Source of the DNA: Candidatus Marinacidobacterales bacterium
Lineage (GTDB): Bacteria; Acidobacteriota; Vicinamibacteria; Marinacidobacterales; DATDRI01
Assembly (NCBI GenBank): GCA_965226495.1
Contig: OZ245365.1
Coordinates: forward strand, 4,320,001 to 4,384,000
Reading direction: 5' to 3'
Length of the DNA: 64,000 nucleotides
Under the pieces are notes generated by a model. The model saw only the letters and a list, made by a program, of their open reading frames with translations, had not been told where the DNA came from and did not search any database. Below, piece after piece: positions 57,557-64,000 of the stretch. Position 1 is the stretch's first letter; each line of letters opens with the position of its first letter. The position numbers and the translations under genes were made by a program.

Positions 57557-57799
57557 TCACGGGATGCGAACGGGCCATAGACCCTTCACGTAAACGGTTT
57601 CCCGTATGACGCGGTAGTAAACGATCCAGTCTCCAGCTAAGAACCATCGATGGTTTCGAAATCGGCCCTTGGCGCGTACCGGGTACAAGCGCGGAAACCC
57701 CTGAAGGCGGTCGGCTTTTTCCAGGATAACGCGACGGTCCCGCTCAGGCATCTCGGATAGCACGTCTAGAATCGTTGTCGGCCAGACAACGTCTGCCAT
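57557..57799 (-). CDS. Type II toxin, RelE/ParE family
   Basis: 80 aa; VVW...LQGFPR...WIVYYRV; coupled to the upstream small gene (TAATG). Confidence 0.7.
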   Translation of the reverse strand: MADVVWPTTILDVLSEMPERDRRVILEKADRLQGFPRLYPVRAKGRFRNHRWFLAGDWIVYYRVIRETVYVKGLWPVRIP

Positions 57800-58059
57800 T
57801 AGCTCCGGCGCTTCTTGACGCCGAATCGCTTCTTCACCTTCTCGTGAGAAGTGACTCGGCCATTCCGGATGTCCTCATCGGCGGCTTCCATTCTACGCTG
57901 GAATTCAGGGCCGGACTCGATCTGGTCCAGTCGCGCCTCCATCTCGGCGTAGAGTTGTATCGCCTCGCGAACGACATGGCTCCGATTTCCGGCACGGTCG
58001 GCGGCGAGTTCCTCGAGTAGCTCCTCGGTTCTGCGGTCGAGAACGAATTGGCGACGCAC
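57799..58059 (-). CDS. Antitoxin, ribbon-helix-helix (CopG-like)
   Basis: NRSHVVREAI; ADEDIRNGRVTSHEKVKKRF; RBS GGAGG before GTG 58059. Confidence 0.72.
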   Translation of the reverse strand: MRRQFVLDRRTEELLEELAADRAGNRSHVVREAIQLYAEMEARLDQIESGPEFQRRMEAADEDIRNGRVTSHEKVKKRFGVKKRRS

Positions 58060-58078
58060 GGGATACCTCCTCACCCGT

Positions 58079-58108
58079 ATTGTAATCCCCGGGGACACAC
58101 CATGTCAA
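58079..58108 (-). promoter_or_regulatory. sigma70 promoter of TA operon with palindromic operator candidate
   Basis: TTGACA-N18-TACAAT on -, spacer contains TCCCCGGGGA palindrome. Confidence 0.6.
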
Positions 58109-58174
58109 CACTTATGATGAACTATCATGAAGGGTGTTGAAGTCCACTTGACGCTGACTCCTCACCCCCGGCGC

Positions 58175-59806
58175 CTATCTCCCTCGTCCCGGTTCGACGG
58201 TCCACAGGGTTTGGATCTCGTCGTCGAACCCCGTCATCTCCCAACGCGTTAGCGCCACGGGAATCGCGCCCGAGGCGAGAAACCCATCGTGAAACTCGCC
58301 TAGATCGAAGGCCGATCCCTGCTGACGGGAGCGGTCGGCAACCAGCCGGTCGATCTGCACCTTCCCCACGTACCAATTGATGGCGTAGGTGGGCCGGCGC
58401 AGCATGTCGTAGAGCTCGGCGTCGATGCGATAGCCCTCCTCGGAGTTGAAGGGGACGTTCTCGGCGAGGAAGCGGACCGCGTCCTCCACCGTAAACTCGT
58501 TGAGCTGGAGCTTGATGTTGACGATGCAACGCGCCGAACGGGCTATCAAAAAGTTGAGTATGAGCTCCCGGGTACGCGGTAGATCGTCGAGGAAACCGGC
58601 GCGCATCAACATTTCTTCGACGTAGAGACTCCAGCCTTCCCTTCCGCCTCGATCGCGAAAGTCTTCACGGATGGCGGTTGGACCGGTGCGAAAGCGATCG
58701 TCGAAAACGTGACCGGGTATGACGGTATGGAGCAGATCGGGTCGCGGGTCGCGGTACTGGATCTCCTCCCAGAGATTTCTTCTCCCATTCGGACGCTCGA
58801 CCCACGGATGGCTGCGCTCGAGTGCTTTCTTGATGTCGGGGATGTCCTCGGGAACGGTGAGAATTCCCTGCTCGACGAGAAACATCACGATGTGGCGCGC
58901 CGCCTCTTCTTTTCGACGAGCGTACTCCTCCGGCGACCCCGCCGGCTCGAGCTCTGGTAAGTCCCGATTGCGATGGCGTTCCCAGGCGAGCATCGCCTGC
59001 ATACGATGAAACTCCTGAGTTGCGAATGCGAGTATCTGATCGGCGGTGAAAGGCATGAGGCGGGCGTTTTTCAAATACCAGTCGAACTCCTCCCGCCCAA
59101 CTCCGGGAAAGTCGTTCGCCCGGCCCGGTGCGCGCTGCAACCAATCGCGGTAGCCTTCCAAAGCGGCTCGCGCGGCCCCCGCGTCCGCGGATAACTTGGG
59201 ATGGTGTTGAGCGAGGCGCTGCTCCAAATCCCGAAACCAGCCGATGATCCCGGCGGGCGGAACGTCTCGTTGTGGCTCGCCGTGGGAAACCCCGACGTCG
59301 AGCTCGAGATTGCGAACCGTGATGTAAGACAACGCCGGCGACCGCTCATGGAGATTTTTCTTCCCCAGCTCCAAGACACCAGGAAGCGCCCGCAACTGGA
59401 TGCGGAGGTCGCTGAGCTTCGCTTCACTTGCGGGAAGCTCAACATACGGAATTCCCTGGATCCCATTGAGGTAATGGCCGGGATTGCGGGACGGATTGCG
59501 AACGACACGATCATCGAAATCCCATCCATCGAGAATGGACCGCACCAGGAGGTAATCGATCTTATGGCTGACCGACCAAGCGGCCGGATCGACGGCGTCG
59601 AATCGTTGCCGGAGCTCGCGGTAGGTGCGACGACTACTCGAGAGCGCGGACGGGCGGGGATCCGGCAATCCGTCGACCAGTGTGGGCTCTCGAGCCGCGA
59701 GGGCGTCTTGATAGATCGCGACGAGCTCCAAGTAATCGGATCCCGCGGCCGCTTCCCCTGCATTCAGGAGAATCGACGTCGCGAGAAGGACCCACGTTTT
59801 TCGCAC
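58175..59806 (-). CDS. DUF885 family protein
   Basis: IPGH, EGWSLYVEEM, PTYAINWYVGK, FDLGEFHD...GAIP. Confidence 0.82.
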   Translation of the reverse strand: MRKTWVLLATSILLNAGEAAAGSDYLELVAIYQDALAAREPTLVDGLPDPRPSALSSSRRTYRELRQRFDAVDPAAWSVSHKIDYLLVRSILDGWDFDDRVVRNPSRNPGHYLNGIQGIPYVELPASEAKLSDLRIQLRALPGVLELGKKNLHERSPALSYITVRNLELDVGVSHGEPQRDVPPAGIIGWFRDLEQRLAQHHPKLSADAGAARAALEGYRDWLQRAPGRANDFPGVGREEFDWYLKNARLMPFTADQILAFATQEFHRMQAMLAWERHRNRDLPELEPAGSPEEYARRKEEAARHIVMFLVEQGILTVPEDIPDIKKALERSHPWVERPNGRRNLWEEIQYRDPRPDLLHTVIPGHVFDDRFRTGPTAIREDFRDRGGREGWSLYVEEMLMRAGFLDDLPRTRELILNFLIARSARCIVNIKLQLNEFTVEDAVRFLAENVPFNSEEGYRIDAELYDMLRRPTYAINWYVGKVQIDRLVADRSRQQGSAFDLGEFHDGFLASGAIPVALTRWEMTGFDDEIQTLWTVEPGRGR

Positions 59807-59808
59807 GT

Positions 59809-61395
59809 TTAACTCAAAGTCGCGGCGATCTTCGGCGCCGACCGCAGGGTCAGTGCAACGAAGGTGAGTGTACCGTTGGTGCAACCGCCGGTAGGCATGG
59901 TGGGTGACCCCACCACGAACAGGTTCTCGTGATCGTGAGTGCGCCCGTAGCTATCGCACACGCTCTTGGCGGGATCGTTTCCCATCCGACAGCCGCCGCC
60001 GGGATGATCCAGCAACATCCCTCCCCAATTCTCGGTGAGGACTTTGCCGTTATTGGCGCGCGCCATCTGTTCGAAGACACCGAGGAGATGCTTGCGAACT
60101 CTTCCCTCCCGCTCGACGGTGGCGGTGTCGAACCGCTGTTCGACCTTCGGCATCGGATCGCCGTAGCGGTTACGATTCGATGGATCCAGCGTGAGCCTGC
60201 TTTCGGCGTCGGGATGGACGTCGTAGTAACCGCGAACTCGGGCCGAAGCACGGTTCGTCCGAGCTCGCCAATCTTCCAGCAAATCGTCTCCCAGCAGCAT
60301 CCCACCTTTTCCGTCGCTGAGGCGTGGAGTCCGAGTGTAGTCGGTATCCCAAATCCTGAGGTCGTGCCTCACGTAGGGCTGGTCGGTGGGGCACCGCATG
60401 AACTGCCGCGACACGAGGCTGTTGGTCTCGTTCATCCCCGGGTAGAGCTTAGCGTCCAGCTCGATGTCCGCCCACCCGAAGGCGTGGCCGTTGATGTAGC
60501 GGCCCACCAGGCCGGAGCCATTGGCCACTCCCTCCGGATAACGCGAGTCGGCCGACAGCAGCAGCAGATGAGAGCTCCACGTGTACCCGCTGGCGATGAC
60601 GAAAGCTCCCGCTTCGTACTCGATCGGCTCGTCCGGACGATCCTGATGACGCGCTTCGGCTTTAACGATTCGAGAACCGGTATCGTGCAGGACGAGCTTT
60701 CGCACCAGCGTTCGATCGTGGAGCTCGATCTTCTTGGCGTCCAGAAGTTTCATATAGGTGAAGTCCGGAGAGTACTTGGCACCGGTCGGGCAGATGTTGC
60801 AAGTGGCGCAACGTTTGCAAATGGCGCGACCGTCGTAGGGAACGGTGTTCTTGGCGACCGGCGTGCCCCAGAAGTCGATGTCGCTCTTCTTCGCCCATGC
60901 TTGGAGCTGCTTCAAGTTGTAGGTGAGCTCCATGGGGGGCATCGGATAGGGCTCGGAGCGCTTGTCCTCGGGGAAGGGCCCCGCCTCACCGGCGACGCCC
61001 ATGCGACGCTCGGCCTCACAATAGAATCTCTCGAGCTCTTCGTAGGATAGGGGCCAGTCATCGGCCAGATTGTAGAGAGAGCTCAGCCTCAGATCTTCTT
61101 CAGAAAAACGATTCGTGGTGCCGCCCCAATGAAGCGCCAGGCCTCCTACCGCCATGGTTCGAAAGAGTACGCCTTCTCCCTTTTGGTCTTCGACATGGTC
61201 CCCGGGCCAGGGGTTTTCCCCGTACTCGAGGAATCGCTGCCGGTAACGCATCCGATTCTCGAAATCGAAGAGACGATTTCCTGCCTCGACGACTGTAATG
61301 CTCGCGCCGGGAGCGAGCTCAGTGAGCTTCTCAGCGAGGAGCGCGGCGGAAATTCCTCCACCGATGATGCAGATGTCACTGTCGAAGCGGGTCAT
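59809..61395 (-). CDS. GMC family oxidoreductase
   Basis: IIGGGIS, VGG...HW, CKRCATCNICP, HPGGGCRMG, HENLFVVG, NGTLT. Confidence 0.92.
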   Translation of the reverse strand: MTRFDSDICIIGGGISAALLAEKLTELAPGASITVVEAGNRLFDFENRMRYRQRFLEYGENPWPGDHVEDQKGEGVLFRTMAVGGLALHWGGTTNRFSEEDLRLSSLYNLADDWPLSYEELERFYCEAERRMGVAGEAGPFPEDKRSEPYPMPPMELTYNLKQLQAWAKKSDIDFWGTPVAKNTVPYDGRAICKRCATCNICPTGAKYSPDFTYMKLLDAKKIELHDRTLVRKLVLHDTGSRIVKAEARHQDRPDEPIEYEAGAFVIASGYTWSSHLLLLSADSRYPEGVANGSGLVGRYINGHAFGWADIELDAKLYPGMNETNSLVSRQFMRCPTDQPYVRHDLRIWDTDYTRTPRLSDGKGGMLLGDDLLEDWRARTNRASARVRGYYDVHPDAESRLTLDPSNRNRYGDPMPKVEQRFDTATVEREGRVRKHLLGVFEQMARANNGKVLTENWGGMLLDHPGGGCRMGNDPAKSVCDSYGRTHDHENLFVVGSPTMPTGGCTNGTLTFVALTLRSAPKIAATLS

Positions 61396-61435
61396 TCTAG
61401 TGCCTCAGTGCGCGCTCAGTCGTAGGTCGCGGCCG

Positions 61436-61536
61436 CAGGGCCCCACCCCCACGGCTCGTCCCTTCGCCGCCAAGCGGCTGCGGGACAGCTGATGGCTCTG
61501 TTCGCGCAGGGTGCAGTGAATTCGTCAGCACCCTGC
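61436..61536 (-). repeat. REP-like GGGGGTGGGGCCC element with adjacent hairpins
   Basis: gggccccaccccc; gtccc-ttcgccgccaagcggctg-cgggac; gcagggtgc...gcaccctgc. Confidence 0.6.
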
Positions 61537-62117
61537 TAGTCTTTCCCCGGAAGCGGTGGCGGTTCGTTTCCCGCGCCGGGAAGCCCTCGACAGGTTTGGC
61601 GTCCGATGTCCGCTCGGTAGCATAGGTCGTTCGCCTCGCTGCCGTTGAAGTAGAAGCTCATGAAATCCGAGACGATGTGACGCCCGTCGGGGCGCGAAGG
61701 TAGATCTTCGATGCCGGCGTCGGCGAGCGTTTCCTGTAGAACCAGCGGAAAAGACTCCGCATCGCGCCCTGCTGCTACTAACTCCCGCAGCTGCACTTCG
61801 TAGATTTCGACCTTGATCTCAGGAGTGAGCGGAGCGTCAGGACGACCGGGTTGGTGGGGCATCTCTGCGCCCGAGGAGTACTCACGCAGCCATCCCAGGA
61901 ACCCGGCGACGACTTGTTTTACTTCGGACTCGCCCAGAGAGCTCGGCAGCGCGCTCGCACCGATGCGCTGGAGTGTGGCCACTTCTCCTTCGTCGAGCTG
62001 AATCGGCCTGACGAGAGGCCGCGCCCAACCGAACCGCCCCAGAAGAGAGGAGACCGGCAAGAGCCAGCCGAGCCAATTTAAGACGGTTCGTCGCGTCATT
62101 CGCGGTGGGTTCAGCAT
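61536..62117 (-). CDS. Tat-signal small partner of the GMC dehydrogenase (gluconate 2-dehydrogenase subunit 3-like)
   Basis: TRRTVL Tat-like motif; FYFNGSEANDLCY; directly upstream of the GMC gene. Confidence 0.6.
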   Translation of the reverse strand: MLNPPRMTRRTVLNWLGWLLPVSSLLGRFGWARPLVRPIQLDEGEVATLQRIGASALPSSLGESEVKQVVAGFLGWLREYSSGAEMPHQPGRPDAPLTPEIKVEIYEVQLRELVAAGRDAESFPLVLQETLADAGIEDLPSRPDGRHIVSDFMSFYFNGSEANDLCYRADIGRQTCRGLPGAGNEPPPLPGKD

Positions 62118-62206
62118 CGCCGGGAGCCTCGCAGCCCAGGATTAAGACCCTCTTCTTATCACACTTACCGTCGTTGTATACTGTCCACCCGCGCCAACGG
62201 GGTTGC

Positions 62207-62235
62207 TTGACATCCTCCCCGCAGCTGGGTAGGTT
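62207..62235 (+). promoter_or_regulatory. Putative sigma70 promoter
   Basis: TTGACA-N17-TAGGTT upstream of RBS AGGAGG. Confidence 0.5.
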
Positions 62236-62295
62236 CGCGGGAACGATCGGTCTCGGCCGATCTGGCTGATAGCCCCGAGAGCTAGGAGGTTCGCC

Positions 62296-63174
62296 ATGGC
62301 TCAAACGCTAACCCGGATCAAGGTGGCTCCCACCGGTATGCGCCTCAACGAGTGGGTCGCTATGGAGGAAGGTTTTTACGCGGACGCCGGCTTCGAAGTC
62401 GAAATGCAGTGGGAACAACTCAAGGCCGAGCAGGGCTCGTGGGACACATATAAAGAGCGGCCGCAGGACCTGCCGTTCCTGAAAGGGACCGCGGAGATCA
62501 CGTCTGCCTGCGCCTGGGGTAGCGTCTGCAACGCCGGCGCCGGCATGGGGAAGTTCATTCCGGACGTGTACGGCATCTCGCCCTGGGCAATCTACGTGCG
62601 CCCCGATTCCAAAATCCAAAAGCCTGAAGACTTGAGGGATGTTCCGATCGCCGTCGGCTCACGAGCCGGCAGCCACTTTAGTGTGCCGCTCAACCTCGAG
62701 CCGATCATGCCACTAGAGAACATCAAGACGGTCGGCTTGGGCGGTTTCGGGGTCCGCCTGAAGGCGCTCGAGAATGGAGACTTCGAGGCGGTGAGCCTGC
62801 TCCCGCCGCAGGTCGACATGGCGCAGCAGCTCGGCTTTCGAAAGATCATCGACGGAGAGTTGAAGACCCTGTGGTGGGTGGACTCTCACACGGATCCTCA
62901 AATGCTCCGTCGTTACTTCGAAGTCCTCGAGCGAGCCGAAAAGGCGATCCAAGCCGACACAGCTCGTTACTTGCCTCTCTGGAAGTACAGCAACTCGGAA
63001 CAGTACAAAGACCATGCGTGGAATTACAGTTCTTTCGGACGCGGTGAGCGCTTCGTCCACTCTGCTCTGCCACGAAAGGACTTCGACGACATCATGGCGC
63101 AAGTCACTCGCTGGGGCCTCGACGATCATATAGAGGAGAGGGCCTTCGACAAGATCACTTTGGCCGTCAAGTGA
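62296..63174 (+). CDS. NMT1/SsuA-like substrate-binding-fold protein (no signal peptide)
   Basis: VAMEEGFYADAGFEVE, VRPDSKIQKPEDLR, RLKALENG. Confidence 0.75.
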   Translation: MAQTLTRIKVAPTGMRLNEWVAMEEGFYADAGFEVEMQWEQLKAEQGSWDTYKERPQDLPFLKGTAEITSACAWGSVCNAGAGMGKFIPDVYGISPWAIYVRPDSKIQKPEDLRDVPIAVGSRAGSHFSVPLNLEPIMPLENIKTVGLGGFGVRLKALENGDFEAVSLLPPQVDMAQQLGFRKIIDGELKTLWWVDSHTDPQMLRRYFEVLERAEKAIQADTARYLPLWKYSNSEQYKDHAWNYSSFGRGERFVHSALPRKDFDDIMAQVTRWGLDDHIEERAFDKITLAVK

Positions 63175-63192
63175 AGGGGCGGTCTTTCGACA

Positions 63193-63222
63193 GGCGTGCC
63201 TCCCTTTGGGAGGGCACGCTCT
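63193..63222 (+). terminator. Intergenic hairpin (possible terminator or attenuator)
   Basis: gcgtgcctccc-ttt-gggagggcacgc, weak U-tail. Confidence 0.4.
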
Positions 63223-63235
63223 CTATTGACGACTG

Positions 63236-64000
63236 ATGACCGACCCCATCGTTTCGCTCATAGCACCTCGCCGAGTCGCGGTCTTCGGTGGGTCGAACGA
63301 TCCTCGCAAGCTCGGTAATTTCCTCCTAGAGAATCTGAAGCGTTACGGATACGAGGGGGACATCCTACCGGTCCACCCTCGCGAGAAGCAGGTTGCGGGG
63401 CTCAAGGCCTACCCGTCCCTGGACAAGCTGCCCCAAGATCCCGACGTCGCACTCATTTGCCTTCCCGCGAGCGCGGTACGCGAGGTGGTGACGAGTTGTG
63501 CCGAAGTCGGCATTCGATCCGCTATCGTCTACGCCTGCGGCTTCGGGGAGGGAGATCAACACGACGAGACCGAGAAAGAAGAACTGCGCAAGCTCGCCCA
63601 GGAAAAGGGCATACGGATCTTGGGTCCTAATTGTATGGGGGCCTACAACGTCGCCGGGCGCTTCAACGCCACCTTCTTCAAGGACCTTCCCACCGAGCCG
63701 GGTGAGGTAGGTTTTATTTCTCAAGCCGGATCCGTGGGCGGGATCCTGTTTCATGGCTTGAAGGATCTGGGCGTAGGGCTGTCCAAATACTTCGCCACTG
63801 GCAACATGGTCGATATCGACCAGACCGATCTGCTGCTACATCTGGCGCACGATCCACAAACGCGAGTGATCGCGCTCTACCTCGAGACGATGCAGAACCC
63901 GGCTCGATTTCTCAAAGAGGCGGCCAAGGTGGCGCTCGACAAGCCGACGGTGGTCTTCAAATCGGGGACCACGGCCGCAGGGGCGCGCGCCGCCCTATCT
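63236..64000 (+). CDS. Acetate--CoA ligase (ADP-forming) family acyl-CoA synthetase, partial (runs off window)
   Basis: Read manually: MTDPIVSLIAPRRVAVFGGSNDPRKLG...ILGPNCMG...FISQAG...GNMVDID. Confidence 0.88.
   Translation, partial: MTDPIVSLIAPRRVAVFGGSNDPRKLGNFLLENLKRYGYEGDILPVHPREKQVAGLKAYPSLDKLPQDPDVALICLPASAVREVVTSCAEVGIRSAIVYACGFGEGDQHDETEKEELRKLAQEKGIRILGPNCMGAYNVAGRFNATFFKDLPTEPGEVGFISQAGSVGGILFHGLKDLGVGLSKYFATGNMVDIDQTDLLLHLAHDPQTRVIALYLETMQNPARFLKEAAKVALDKPTVVFKSGTTAAGARAALS

Overview
A GC-rich bacterial window whose gene content suggests Acidobacteriota, Vicinamibacteria-like (inference from Oar-type TonB-dependent receptor, Ser/Thr kinase-TPR genes, DUF1549/DUF1553-DUF1501 pair and GGGGGTGGGGCCCC repeats). 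It holds a small housekeeping block (aspS, gamma-CA, CDF transporter, FadJ-like, TonB) within large accessory catabolic regions: secreted amidohydrolases, two hydantoinase/oxoprolinase A-B pairs, a racemase, orphan ABC binding proteins, LLM monooxygenases and a GMC oxidoreductase. Tandem duplications with readable scars and several pseudogenes are frequent. Main leads: (1) an FHA-class III cyclase with a guanylate-cyclase-type specificity residue, co-oriented with a G6PD C-terminus fused to a cyclic-nucleotide-binding domain and convergent on Ser/Thr kinases; (2) a 30-bp palindromic element nested inside itself, in frame, in a kinase domain; (3) a covarying palindrome shared between an HNH endonuclease gene and a solo site about 2 kb upstream of its intragenic copy. 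No rRNA, tRNA or CRISPR array was seen. All family calls come from motif recognition by eye, not from database searches.
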